A stretch of DNA of 64,000 nt from an uncultured Verrucomicrobiae bacterium (GCA_963828525.1 CAWHEP010000002.1:352001-416000), one strand, 5' to 3'; positions 42,475-55,807 are shown, numbered from the stretch's first letter. A program made the numbers and translations. Notes: a model not told the origin generated them from the sequence alone.

Positions 42475-43817
42475 CTAGGCGGATCGGGATTGTCCGCCGG
42501 AAGGGCTATAGCTCTACGGCGCGAAATCCCAGGCTACGGCGTAGCCCTCGCGCGGAGTGATGGCGGCGCCGCCGCCGAGTTTTACCACTTCCAGGTCGTA
42601 GGTGTCGGAGGTAAGGCCGGTCAGGTAGAGGTGCTGCACGTTATCGACGGTGCTTTCGCTGGAGGAGACGAGGCTGCCGGAGGAATTGTAGAGGTAGAGC
42701 GCCAGGCGATTGATGCGGGAGCGGCCGTAGATCGCGGTTCCAGACCAGGGTCGCGGCGAAGTTTCCGGAGCCCTGCATGCGGTAGTGGTTTACGCCGTTC
42801 CGCCCGGCGCTGCTGCCGATCCGGCGCAAATCCCAGCCTCGCCCCGTGCCGATGACGCTCCCCGCGGCCGCCGCGGGATGGCCTTGCGCTAACTCCGGCG
42901 CGGTTTTGTGGGAGGGAGGGTGTTTTCCCCGCGCAACTCGTTGTAGGAGGTGAAGAGGTTCAGCACGCCCGCGCCGTAATTGGAATCGAGGGGAACGGTG
43001 GAGGAATGGCTCCAGCCCGGGGGCTTGGCCGCGCCATTCAGAAGAAGCGCTTTCACGGTGCGGCAGTCCGTGGCGGCGGCGGCATGGGGGCCGAGACGGC
43101 GGCCGGCCTGAATCAGGACGGCGGCTGCACCGGACACCAGGGGAGTCGAGAAGCTGGTCTCGGCGGCGCGGCGCCACGAGGTCCGGCTTGCAGCGCCCGT
43201 CGTTGGTGGGACCGTTGCTGGAGGAGCCGCCATACGCGCCCACGCCGATGCCATTGTAGCAATCCGAAGGAGTTAGAATCGCGCCCCCGTTGCCGATGCC
43301 GGAAACGACGACCGGATGATGGAGGGCGATGTAGTCGTCGTACCGCTCATCCTCCGCGGCGTCATGCGAGCCGAACTCGAAGCTTTGGTTGATGACCCGC
43401 GCGGCGGTCACCCGGAGCGGCTGCTGTGAAATAACGGGTCTGCTCCACGGCGACCCGCCGCAAGCCAGGTGCGACTCCGCTGGCCGGGCTGTAAAGCATT
43501 TGGCCGACCTCATCCGCATGGCTCGACTCGCTGCCCACCTTGTTCGGAAAAGCATTGGAAGCGCCGGCGGTCGAGATTGATAGGTAAAAAGGGCGACCGG
43601 CTGGCCGACGCTGGCCGGGTTCACCTCGAACTGCGCGGGATTCGGCGCGGATCGACCTGCAAGAGGAGGACTCCGGCGCCCGTGAGCGAGGGATCGCGAT
43701 TTCGCAGCGTGGTGACTCCGATGGCATCGAGCGTGCCATCCGCAAGAGAGGAAGCGGGAGAGGCGCAGAAAAGAGCAGCGGTAAAATAAGAGACGAGGGA
43801 ACGGCAAGGCGAGGCAT
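42475..43817 (-). CDS. S8 (subtilisin-like) serine peptidase, secreted, frameshifted
   Basis: SHADEVG, GIGNG, GRCKPDLVAP, TSFSTPLVSGAAA, KALLLNGA, YGAGVLN. Confidence 0.75.
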
Positions 43818-43835
43818 TCTGGTGGATATGGCAGA

Positions 43836-45580
43836 TTACAGGCGGAATAGAGCACCTATCCGCGCGCCAATCAAGCGGCTTGCCGTTAGAATGGTCAGCC
43901 CCAGGAAAAGCATGGCCCACACGCCAAGGGCGCAGGCGACGAAACGGCCTTCGCCCAAAAGCTGGAAAAGCTCGTAGATGGCCTTGGTGATCGGGTAGTC
44001 GGCCGAGCGCTGGGCGAGGATGAGCGAGTCCGAGACCTCCAGCATGGCGAAGGCAAAGGCGAGCAGGAGGCCCGCCAGGATATTGGCGCTAATCAGCGGG
44101 AGGGTGATCCGCCGGAGAGAGCGCCACGGGGTCGCGCCAAGGCTCTGGGCTGCTTCCTCAAAGGCGGGGCTGGTCTGTTGCAAGCCGGCGGCCACCGAGC
44201 GCACCACGTAGGGCAGGCGGCGAATGCCATAGGCGGCGATGAGCAGCAGCGCGGGATTATGCAGGCCAGGATTAAAGGCGGCGAGGGGGCGGCCCGGCTG
44301 GCTCAAGGCGATGTAGCCGAAGGCCAGCACCAGCCCAGGCACGGCCAGCGGGAGCATGGTGAGCGCATCCAGCACGGCCGCTCCCGGGCCGCGGCGCCGC
44401 ACCAGCACCCAACCGATGGAAACACCGAGAACCAGGTCGAGCAGGGTGGCCGCCCCTGCGTACTTCATGCTGTTGCCGATGGAGGGGATCGTCAGTGAAT
44501 GGCCGAGCGCGGCGGCATAGTGCGCCGCCGTCCAGTGGGCGGGCAGGATCGTGCCGTACCAGTCCTGCGCGAAAGAAAGGAGAATGACGGCGGCGTGCGG
44601 AAGAAGAGCCAGGCGGAGACGCCGGCGAAGGCAAGGGTGCAGCCGGCGGCGGCGAGGCGGCCGGGACGGCGCGTGCGCGCGCCGGTGGTGGCGCGTCCCG
44701 CCATGGCGGCGGGGGCGCGTCCGAGCCAGAAGCGGGTGGCGCCGTAGATGAGCAGCGCGGCGGCGAGGGTAATCGCGACCAGCGCGAACGGCATGGCATT
44801 CCCGCCCACCTCGCGCAGACCGGAGAAGATCTGCACGGGAGTGATGCGGGTGAAATTGAAAATGAGCGGCGCGCCCAGCTCGGTAAAGGCCCAGATGAAG
44901 ACGATGGAGCCGCCGGCGAAACACTCCGGCGCAAGCAGCGGCAGGGTCACCCGCCGGAATTTTCGCCAGCCGGTGCAGCCGAGGTTTTCCGCCGCCTCGT
45001 CCAGCGCCGGGTCGAGATTCGCAAAGGCGGCGGCCAGGTTCAGGTAAAGGATCGGGTAGAGATGGAGCGCATTCAGGATGAGGATGCCGGTGAAGCGGCC
45101 CTGGCCCAGCCAATCGATGGTGCGGGCGCCCGGCAGAATCGCGACGGCGTGCAGAAGCGCATTCACCGCGCCCATCTGCCCGAAAATAGCGCGGATGCCG
45201 ATGGCTCCTACGAAGGGTGGCAGGACCATCGGAACCAGCACCAGGGAGGTGAGCCACGTCTTGCCGGCAAACTCGAAGCGATCGGCGATCCAGGCGAGCG
45301 GGAGCGCCATTGCCATGGCGAGAAGGGTGCTGCCGAGCCCCATGGCCAGCGCGTTGCGGAGACCCTCCAGGTAAATGGGATTGCGCACGGCCTCCAGCAG
45401 GTAGGCGCCGGTGAGGCGCCCGGCCGGGTCGAGAAACGCCCCCGCCACCGTTTCGGCCACTGGCCAGAGGAGAAAAATGGCCAGGAACAAACCCGTCGCC
45501 CCGCACGTGGCTTGCGCAAAGGAGGGAACTTTCAGCCGGCGGCCCATCCTTGCAGGTTGTAGAACCTGCAGCGCCGGCAT
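43836..45580 (-). CDS. Iron(III)-type ABC transporter permease (FbpB/AfuB-like), frameshifted
   Basis: Two EAA motifs (LDEAAENLG, FEEAAQSLGA), PLAVPGLVLAFG; start uncertain. Confidence 0.85.
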
Positions 45581-45604
45581 GCCAGCCTGGTCTGAGGCCA
45601 GATC

Positions 45605-46213
45605 TTATCCCGCAGGCCGCGCACGCGAATCGTACAGCTTCCGCAGGCCCAGTTCCAGGCGGGTCTTGATCGTGCCCAGCGGCGTATTCGTGTGGATGGC
45701 GATCTCCCGCTGGCTCATTCCCTTGAAGAAGGCGAGTTCGATGGCCTCCTGCTGGAAAGGAGGCAAGGCATGGATGCGCGCGTGCAGGAAGGCGCGCAGG
45801 TCGTCGCCGAGGATGTCGCCGTCGATGCGATTATGCAGCCACGCCTCCGGCTGCTGCTCAGTCTGGATCTCAAGGCGCTCGGTGGCGCGATGGTAAGCCT
45901 GGCGCTTCCGCAGCCGGTCGATGGCGCGGCGGCGGGTGAGCGTCACAATCCAGCCGAGAGCCTGGCCTTTCTTCGGCGAATAGTTTTTCGCCTGCCGCCA
46001 GATTTGCATGAAGATTTCCTGCAAGAGATCGTCCGCCTCGGCGTCATCATGCACCACGCGGATGATGAGGGCCTTCAGGATGCCGCTGTAGCGGTCGTAA
46101 AGTCTGGCCAGCGCCCGCGAGTCGCAGTTGGCGATTGCCTTCATCAGGCGGGTGTCGTCTTCTTGGGAGGCCAGCGTCTCGGGACTGAAATCAGGCAGGG
46201 TGCAGGTATTCAT
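45605..46213 (-). CDS. ECF sigma-70 factor (SigK-like)
   Basis: LYDRY, ADDLLQEIF.QIW, RRAIDRLR, LAFF.GMSQREIA...PLGTIKTR. Confidence 0.9.
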   Translation of the reverse strand: MNTCTLPDFSPETLASQEDDTRLMKAIANCDSRALARLYDRYSGILKALIIRVVHDDAEADDLLQEIFMQIWRQAKNYSPKKGQALGWIVTLTRRRAIDRLRKRQAYHRATERLEIQTEQQPEAWLHNRIDGDILGDDLRAFLHARIHALPPFQQEAIELAFFKGMSQREIAIHTNTPLGTIKTRLELGLRKLYDSRARPAG

Positions 46214-46347
46214 AGCGCGCGGAGAATCCTGTCTCAAGCGGCGCTTGGGCACAATCAGACCAGTCCCCCAACCGATTCTCATCCAAATGCCCGAGCGTCG
46301 CCTCATCCAGAGGCTGATACGTGTTTTCACCGAGCTTCAGTTGGAGC

Positions 46348-47076
46348 TTAGGTGTCCTGCTGGTCGACCCACTGCACGGCGAAACGCGCCAGCTCCCGGG
46401 CCGTGCCGAAGTTGAGCTTTTCCTTGATGTGCGCGCGATGGGTTTCCACCGTTTTCGCGCTCGAGATGAAGGTCGTGGCGATCTGCTGCACGCCGTGGCC
46501 CTGGCCGATCAATTGCAGCACTTCCAACTCCCGGTCGGTCAGCTTATCCGCGATGGAATTTCCCGGCGCGGCGCCCTGCACGAATTCCTCGATCATGCGT
46601 CCCGACATCGCGGGGCTCACATATAGATCCCCGTGCAGGACCTGGCGGATGGCCGACATAACGCGGTCGAGCGCCTCCTGTTTCATGACGTAGCCGCGCG
46701 CGCCGGCCCGCAGGGAGCGCAGCGCGTAGAGCGATTCATCGTGCATGGAAAGAACCAGCAGCGGCAGCTTGGGGAATTCGGTGCGGATGGACTTGAGCAG
46801 CTCGATGCCGTTGGCGCCCTTCAGCGAAATATCCACCGTGACGAGGTCCGGCTGCAGCTTGCGGATGTTCTCCAGGGCCAGCGGGGCGCTGTCCGCCGAG
46901 CCGCATACTTCCATGTCTGGCTCGGTGTTGATCAGGTCCGCCACCCCGTGGCAAAATAGCGGATGATCGTCCACAATCAGAATCCGATTCTTCGTCCCTG
47001 GGGCAGCAGGCGGGGAAACGGCCGGGGGCGGGGCGCCGTGCTGGGGTAGGAGGGATTTCATGGGAGGGATGCACAC
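46348..47076 (-). CDS. NarL/LuxR-family response regulator
   Basis: IVDDHP, VDISL, LSMHDE, LTDRELEVL, KTVETHRAHIKEKL. Confidence 0.92.
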   Translation of the reverse strand: MCIPPMKSLLPQHGAPPPAVSPPAAPGTKNRILIVDDHPLFCHGVADLINTEPDMEVCGSADSAPLALENIRKLQPDLVTVDISLKGANGIELLKSIRTEFPKLPLLVLSMHDESLYALRSLRAGARGYVMKQEALDRVMSAIRQVLHGDLYVSPAMSGRMIEEFVQGAAPGNSIADKLTDRELEVLQLIGQGHGVQQIATTFISSAKTVETHRAHIKEKLNFGTARELARFAVQWVDQQDT

Positions 47077-47097
47077 TTACCTAACGGGCGCCGGTTT

Positions 47098-48403
47098 TTA
47101 GCTGGCCGGGTCCGCTATTTCGGCGGCAAAGCCCAGGCGGCTGCGGCCGGCCACGATGGTTCTCACCGCGCGCCCTTTCAGTTGCCAGCCCTGAAACGGG
47201 GAGTTGCGGGAACGGGACTGGAAGCCGGCGGTCTCCACCGTCCATTCCAGGCCGGGGTCGATGACGGTGATATCGCCTGCCGCTCCGGGGGAAAGCGTGC
47301 CGCGATCAAGGCGCAGCAGCCGCGCGGGCTCGACCGTGAAGAGGGCGATGAGGCGCGGCAGATCGATCGCCTTTTTCTGATGCACGAGCAGGTCGAGGAA
47401 AAGCCCCAGCTCCGTTTCCAGACCCACGATGCCGAAGGGCGCCTGATCGAATTCGACTTCCTTTTCGTAGTCGCAATGCGGCGCGTGGTCGCTGCAAAGG
47501 ATGGTGATGGTGCCATCCGCAATGCCGCCGATGAGCAGGTCCGACATCCGCCTGGGTGCGGAGGGGCGGGTTCATCTTGAAGTTCGTGTCGAAGCCCTGG
47601 AGCGATTCATCAGTCAGGGCAATGTGGTGCGGGCAAACCTCGCCGCTGATGGGCACGCCCCGCGCCCGGGCCTCGCGCAGAAGGCGCACGCTCTTGCCGG
47701 AGCTGAGATGCTGGCAGTGGATGGGCGCTTCGCACAATTCCGCGAGCAGGATATTGCGCATGATGATGGCCTCCTCGCCCGCGCTGGGCCAGCCCGGCAG
47801 GCCGAGCACAGTGCTCCAGTAGCCCTCGTGCATCACGCCTTTGCCGACCAGGTTGTAATCCTGGCAATGGTCGAGCAGCGGCAGGCGGAACATGCGTGCG
47901 TACTCCAGCGCGCGGCGCATGAGCTCATGGTTCTGCACGCAGTGGCCATCGTCGGTTAGCGCGACGATGCCGGCGCGCGCCATGGAGCCGATGGGAGCCA
48001 GTTCCTCGCCGGCCAGCCCTTTGGTGATCGCGCCGGTGGTGAAGACATTCACCGCGCCTTCGCGCTCCGCCTTCTCCCGAATCCACGAGACCACGCTCGG
48101 GTTATCCACCGTGGGAGAGGTATTCGGCATGCAGACGACGGAGGTGAATCCGCCCGCGGCCGCCGCGCGTGTGCCGGTGGCGATGGTCTCCTTGGCGGAT
48201 TGCCCGGGCTCGCGCAAGTGGACGTGCAGGTCGATGAGCCCCGGCGCGACGACCAGGCCGCGGCAGTCGATTTCCTCCGCGCCGCTCTCCGGCGGGAGAT
48301 CCGCGGGCGATGCGATGCGGCCGTCGATGACGGCGATGTCGCCGACTTCGTCGCGGCGGTTGGCGGGATCGATGATCCGGCCGTGGCGCGAGGAGCAGGG
48401 GCT

Positions 48404-48407
<4 letters not shown>
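47098..48407 (-). CDS. pyrC: Dihydroorotase, frameshifted
   Basis: [34 protein letters not shown]. Confidence 0.92.
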
Positions 48408-49988
<1,581 letters not shown>

Positions 49989-50213
49989 CTACGAGGAGGA
50001 GGCGGCGGTCAGCGGGGCATGGCGCTTCTCGCGCCATTTGGAGCGATGCTGCACGATCCAGTCGAGCAGGGCCTTCTCAAAGCCGATGTCGTGGCCGACC
50101 TTTTCGCTCTCGATCCACTTGTGCTTCAGAATCTCTTCGCGCTCCGCCAGAAATTCCTTGTAGAGGACGGAATTTGTAACCAGATCGGAGTTTTCTGGGG
50201 TCGGTTTGTCCAT
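49989..50213 (-). CDS. Small DUF4032-like protein
   Basis: EREEILKHKWIESEK.GHDIGFE.AL.DW. Confidence 0.75.
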   Translation of the reverse strand: MDKPTPENSDLVTNSVLYKEFLAEREEILKHKWIESEKVGHDIGFEKALLDWIVQHRSKWREKRHAPLTAASSS

Positions 50214-50379
50214 GCGGGTGGGAAAAGTTCCAAAAGTTTACGGCTTGCGTCAATGATTTCTGTGCGGACAGGTCGGGGACCAGTGCCTAAACTAAGACGG
50301 AGCAGCGGGGATTTCATTCAATTCGGAGCTGTGGCCGCTGGCGGTCCCTTTGCTGAAAAGGCCGGAAGCGCGACCGTTT

Positions 50380-51439
50380 TCATCGCATGGTCTGAGCTAC
50401 AGGCAGAAGCTCCCGCAGGGATCGGGCGATGCTGCCAAAGGCGTGCGCGGCGGCGTTCTCCTTGTCCTCCAGGGCGATGGGACGGCCGCAATCTCCCCCC
50501 TCGCGGGTCGGAATATCGATCGGAACCTGGCCGAGCATGGGCACGCCGAGGCGCGCCGCTTCCTTCTCTCCGCCGCCGCGGCCGAAGATGTCGTAGCGCG
50601 CGCCGTCTCCGGGGCAGACGAAATAGCTCATGTTCTCGATGAGGCCGAGCACGGGGACATTGACTCGCGAAAACATGGCGGCGGCCTTGCGGGCATCGAT
50701 CAGGGCCACCTCCTGCGGCGTGGTCACGATGAGGGCGCCGGCCAGGGCGACCGTCTGCACGATGGTGAGCTGGATATCGCCCGTGCCGGGCGGGAGATCG
50801 AGGATGAGGTAGTCGAGCCCGCCCCAGTCCACCTGCCGCAGAAATTGCTGCGTGTACCGGGTGACCATGGGGCCGCGCAGGATGGCCGGCGAGGCGTCGT
50901 CCAGCAGGAAGCCCATGGACATGAGCTTCACCCCGTGGCGGGTAATGGGGATGATGACGTTCTCCTCCGTGGCCATGGGGCGCTCATCGTTCGCGCCAAA
51001 CATGAGGCCGATGCTCGGGCCGTAAAGGTCGCAATCGCACAAGCCCGACCCGCGCGCCGCCGCGGTCCAGCGCCACCGCCAGATTCGCCGCGACGGTGCT
51101 CTTGCCGACGCCGCCCTTGCCGCTCGCAACCGCGATGACGTGCTTAACCCCGGCGATCTCGGTCGCGCCCGCAGGGGCGCTCTGTGCCGGGGCCTGGATA
51201 TCGATCAGCACGCGCGCGGTGGCAATGCCGGGAAGCTGCCGCAGGGCCTGCTCGCTCTCCTCCTTGATGGCCTGCGGAATCTTCGGGTCATTGGTGGCCA
51301 GGGCCATCTGCACCGTGACGGCGCCGCCCTCGATGCGCACCCCTTTCACCAGGCCGAAGGAGACGATATCGCGGCTAAAACCGGGATAGCGGACGGTCTT
51401 GAGAGCTTCGTGAATTTGGGCTTCGGTGAGCGCGGGCAT
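50380..51439 (-). CDS. mrp: Mrp/NBP35 (ApbC) Fe-S cluster carrier ATPase, frameshifted
   Basis: RDIVSFG, ASGKGGVGKST, D.YGPS, LRGPM, DLPPGTGD, VTTPQ, ENMSYFVCP. Confidence 0.93.
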
Positions 51440-51736
51440 GAGTGGCGGGACTCTCGTAGGTGGCCGGAGGGTAAGTCAAGCGGGGGAGCGGTAAATCGAG
51501 GCGGAGGCGCCGGCCAGCGGAAATTTGATCGCGGACCTTGATAGAGAATAGAGACACGACAATCTTGATGCGCCCGAGGAATGGCATAACCGTTCGGCCG
51601 GCTTCCCGGCCTCTTTTCTAAGTCAATCGGATTGCGCGAAGCGAAAGAGAAATGTTCTCAAGGCTTGAGTGGCGCTACGACAAATCCTTCCTCAACTCCG
51701 CTTAGAACTTATATCTCTCATTAGATCACACTCAAA

Positions 51737-52056
51737 TCTTCTGGTCTAGAGCCACCGGAAAATACTTCTAAGCGGTCTTTATTGCCGCCTAGTTCCCGTT
51801 TGCGGAAATTTACAGGCGCTCAAGACCAGCTGTTCCGTCCAAAGCAACGTCCACGTCGCCTTTGCCGAATGAAACGAAGTAATACCATTGGCTCTAGACC
51901 AGAAGAATGTCATAAACTCCCCCGCAAGCAGCTCGCGTGCAACGTCTTACCTGTAAGCGGAAGCCAAAAAGCTGTTTCATGTTTCAAAATCCTTCAAAAC
52001 CTTGGTCTGTAGAAGGGTTTTGTAACATGAAACGGATTTTCTTCTGGTCTAAAGCC
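51737..52056. repeat. Three copies of TCTTCTGGTCTAGAGCC(A) in alternating orientation, ~150 bp apart
   Basis: 51737-51754 (+), 51889-51906 (exact reverse complement), 52040-52056 (+, one mismatch); 20/22-bp hairpin between copies 2 and 3. Confidence 0.85.
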
Positions 52057-52424
52057 TACCATTTTTTATAGCGGGTGCCGTAGAGTGCGCGCAGGCTGAT
52101 CCGGGTGACCTTCCAGTCCTGGATTTCCGCGGCGCCCGCAAGGTCCGAGAGCCGCTTTCGCGCCTTGGCGGCGGCCTGCTCCGCCGAAAGAGGGACAGGA
52201 GTCCGGCGTCCAGTCCGGACCGCGCATGATTCACTTCGCGGGAAAGGCTGGTTTCCAGCGTGATGGGCGATGCTTCCCCGATGGTGAAGTTTTCTCCCGG
52301 CGTTCCCGCTTTTTGGAGCAAGGCTGCACCGTCGTCCGCCCTGACTCGGGAACTATTTAGCACAAGAAAAACAATCGCGGACGCGAGCAAGCGGCAAGCC
52401 AGTCTCGGCTGGTTTATTTTTCAT
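52049..52424 (-). CDS. Hypothetical secreted protein, probably frameshifted or truncated
   Basis: Signal-peptide-like LASAIVFLVLNSSRVRA-DD; follows the upstream gene closely. Confidence 0.35.
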
Positions 52425-52427
52425 GAG

Positions 52428-53768
52428 CTATTCTCCGTTGCCCAGATCTTCAATTTTTCCTGGCTGCCCATTCAACGCGACAAAGATTACAGCATCGTCC
52501 AGATAGGCCTCGCGGAGGGCGGCCGGGAGAAAAACGAGATCTTTAGGATCGAGCGATTTGACTAAATGGACGGAGTAATACCATTTCGTGCCGGGAGGGC
52601 CGAGGGTGAGCAGATCCAACTGGCAAACATGTCCGACGAGGGCGGCGCTTTCCGGCCGAGGATCCTGTTGAGTTCACTCCGAGCCGATTTCGACCGCCTG
52701 CGATTCGGCAAGAGCAGGCGCCCCATCGCCGAACGACCAGTCAGCTTGATGCCTGATGGAATCGACAGGGAGGTTCGACTCGTAGGCATGGCCATTGATC
52801 CGGAAATGCGCCGAGTAGTCGCAGTCTCGCTTTTCCTCGCGCAGGCGAAGCACGCAGGTGGCAGCCGGGAATCTGCCATCCGGAGCCTGAAATCGGACAT
52901 CAACTCCCAGAAGATCGGCTCCCCGATTTGCAAGGCCATTACGCCGTCCGCGCGCGCGAAGATGGAGGGCCAATGCTGCTCGGCCATTTCGGCGGCCTGC
53001 GTCCTTTGCAGCATGGGCGGATCGAGCTTTTCCGGAAGGGTGCTAAAGATCCTGATGGTCTCCCCATAGTGTAACGTCGAGCGTACCCAAAGACAGGAAT
53101 CTTCTAATCCGTTTTTCGCTGACGGGAACGTGATCATCGCCGAGGCCATCCGTTCGATTCACGACGGTGACGACCTCCTCAGGCTTGGGCGGCCGCATCT
53201 TTCCCATGAGAGATGCCTGGACAGTGGTTTTGTAGATACCAGGGTAAAGCTTCAACCAAGGCGCGGAAGTGCCGGCTTCCGGGTCCAAGACCAAGGCAGA
53301 CTCGCCGTTCGATTCGTCGCTCAGGTCGAGGACGCGGTCGTTGATAAGGGTAAAGAACAGGATTTGGTGCTGTTTGGTAACGATGACGCCCTCTGCGCGT
53401 TTAATCTGATTGTAGTAGCTGCGCGGCTGGGGATCATCTCCCGCGCCGGCCCCGTCCCAGTTGATGGATTGTTTCTCGATATCGGCGGGCAAGCTGTAGG
53501 TCGCCGAAAACCCGCAACCGGTCGTCCATCAGTTGCGGTTTTCCGTTTCGCAGGAATTCCATCACGCGCGCCTTGGCCAGTGAAAGGTATAACTGCCCGC
53601 TACCATAGTCGCACATCATCATATTGCTGGAGACGGAGACGACGTCTTCCGGCTGGGGCACCTTAAGGAGATGTTTTTCGCGCCGGGCGCCTGGATTTGC
53701 GCGCGGACAGGTGAGAACGGGAAAAGGCCGAACAGCGTGATCGCGGTAAGGAAGCGTGCGGAGATCAC
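52428..53768 (-). CDS. Hypothetical secreted protein with duplicated internal domain, frameshifted
   Basis: Signal peptide MISARFLTAITLFGLFPFSPVRA; consecutive overlapping ORF fragments with two similar blocks. Confidence 0.5.
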
Positions 53769-53832
53769 GCCGCAGAATAACCCGCCTGGAGGCCGCCGGC
53801 CAGGCTTCCGGCCAATCTTCCGGCGGCGCAAC

Positions 53833-55236
53833 TCAGTACGTCTTCCGCATGTTGCTGGGCAGGATGCCGAGTTCGGTGCGGTATTTGGCCACCGTGCGGC
53901 GGGCGATGGGAATGCCGCGCTTGCTCAGGATTTCCACGATCTCCTTGTCGCTGAGCGGGCTCCGCTGATTTTCATCCTTGACCAGCGCGCCAATGGATTC
54001 CTTCACGCTCGTGTTGCTCATCGAGGCGCCCTCGGCCGTCTGGTAGCCTGGGGTGAAGAAGTATTTCATCTCGAACACGCCCTGCGGAGTGGAGATGTAT
54101 TTGCCGGAGATGGCGCGGCTCACGGTGGTCTCGTGCACGCCCACGGCCTCGGCGATTTGCACCATGGTCATCGGGCGCAGGGCGGAGCTGCCGAGCTCCA
54201 GGAAGTCCTTTTGCCGCCGCACGATTTCATGCGCGATGTTCGAGATGGTCTGCTGCCGCTGGTGGATGCTCTTGATGAGGAATTTGCCGCTGCGGATTTT
54301 GTCACGGATGTAATCCTTCACCTCCGCGCCGCTGCGCTCCTGGGACATCAAGTCCTTGTAGGTATTGGAGATGCGCAGATGCGGAATCTGGTCGCCGTTC
54401 AGCGTGATCTGGTAGTCGCCGTCGATCGGCTCCACGTTCACGTCGGGCAGCACGTAGTTGTTCGGATCGGGAGTAAAAATCTGGCCCGGTTTTGGGTCGA
54501 GCGTGGCGATGAAATTCGCGCAACGCTGCACCTGCTCCACGGTGGTGCCGAGGCGGCGGGCGATCTCCGGGAAGCGGCGCTTGCCAAGGTCTTCCAGGTG
54601 GCGCTCGACGATCTTGTATTCCAGCGAGCCTTCCTTGCCGATGCGGTGGAGCTGGATGAGCAGGCAATCCCGCAAATCCCGGGCGCCGACGCCGACGGGG
54701 TGAAAAGTCTGGATGGTCTCGAGCACGCGGCGGATTTGCTCAAGGTCGATGCCGGTATTCTGCGCCATTTCCTCCGGGGAAGTCTGGAGGAAGCCGACTT
54801 CGTCGATGTTGCCGATGATCAGCTCGGCGACCTTGCGGTCCGAGCCGGCGAGATCGCCGCTGTGCACCTGCTCGATGAGGTGCTGCTGGAGGGTCTCGTT
54901 GGAGACGATGGAGTCGAAGAAAAACTGGCGGCGCTCCTCGTCCTCCTGGGACTTGGCGGAGTAAGAGGAACTTTGCGCCATGTAATCGCGCCATTCCTCG
55001 TCAAGCTTTGCCAGGCGCTCGAATTCCTCCTGGAATTCCTTGTCCTCCTGCTGGCGGTCCTCGATGGAGGGCTCGGTGATCTCCTCCTCGACCACCGGGT
55101 TGGTCTGGATTTCCTGCTGGATTAGGTTGCGCAACTCCAGCATGGGGGCCTGGAGGATTTGCAGGCTCTGCTGCAGTTGCGGGGCCAAGACCTGCTGCTG
55201 GGAGAGGGATTGGACTTGTTGCATTCCGTGAGCCAT
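53833..55236 (-). CDS. rpoN: RNA polymerase sigma-54 factor
   Basis: Gln-rich region I, P.GVGARDL..CL, HETTVSRA..GKY, RpoN box ARRTVAKYR. Confidence 0.97.
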   Translation of the reverse strand: MAHGMQQVQSLSQQQVLAPQLQQSLQILQAPMLELRNLIQQEIQTNPVVEEEITEPSIEDRQQEDKEFQEEFERLAKLDEEWRDYMAQSSSYSAKSQEDEERRQFFFDSIVSNETLQQHLIEQVHSGDLAGSDRKVAELIIGNIDEVGFLQTSPEEMAQNTGIDLEQIRRVLETIQTFHPVGVGARDLRDCLLIQLHRIGKEGSLEYKIVERHLEDLGKRRFPEIARRLGTTVEQVQRCANFIATLDPKPGQIFTPDPNNYVLPDVNVEPIDGDYQITLNGDQIPHLRISNTYKDLMSQERSGAEVKDYIRDKIRSGKFLIKSIHQRQQTISNIAHEIVRRQKDFLELGSSALRPMTMVQIAEAVGVHETTVSRAISGKYISTPQGVFEMKYFFTPGYQTAEGASMSNTSVKESIGALVKDENQRSPLSDKEIVEILSKRGIPIARRTVAKYRTELGILPSNMRKTY

Positions 55237-55327
55237 AGGTCGAGATTGTTTAGAGACTGAGAAAAACATACAAGCACATTTCGCGCCACGTCATGGATGG
55301 CTTGGAAAATGCTGTATTATCAAAGAT

Positions 55328-55577
55328 ATGCGACATTTCAAACCTCTGCTCTCTGCGCGCTATGTCGTGGGGGTGGCCTTCGCCTCGCACTTTCCCACCG
55401 CCCAGGCCCAGTTGCCCGGCAGCTTCCCTCGATGCCCAGCCGACGGCCGAGGCTCTCAAAGCCGTGCTGGCCCAGCAAAAAACCCTGACGGATAACCAGG
55501 GCAAGATCGACGACAAGCTGGCCGTCATCGCCGAAAACCTGCGCATCGCCCGCATCTACGGCTCGCGCATCAAATAG
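55328..55577 (+). CDS. Small secreted coiled-coil protein, frameshifted
   Basis: Signal-like N-terminus then LAQQKTLTDNQGKIDDKLAVIAENLRIARIYGSR. Confidence 0.5.
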
Positions 55578-55586
55578 CCTTCTCTC

Positions 55587-55807
55587 ATGAAAACCTTCTC
55601 CTTCCTCCTGCTGTTTGTCCTGTTCGGCCTCTGGCCGGCAATGTTCACTCCCAGGCGCCGGAATTGACCGGCACCGTGCTCACGAACCTCCAGACCCTCG
55701 AAACGGCCAACAAGGCGCTGATCGACCGGCAGCAGAAAACCCTCGATCTGCTCGATCAGCTCCAGCAGACCTCCGAGCAACTGAAGGCCTTCACGAAGCG
55801 GGGCTAG
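55587..55807 (+). CDS. Small secreted coiled-coil protein, frameshifted
   Basis: MKTFSFLLLFVLFGL then LQTLETANKALIDRQQKTLDLLDQLQQTSEQLKAFTKRG. Confidence 0.5.

Noticed and set aside
51440..52050. oriC, tmRNA or RNase P RNA in the long intergenic region
   Set aside because: No DnaA-box cluster and none of the conserved terminal or core motifs of these RNAs
51737..52056. CRISPR array or integron attC reading of the spaced repeats
   Set aside because: Orientation alternates, spacers are ~135 bp, no RYYYAAC/GTTRRRY boxes, and no cas or intI genes
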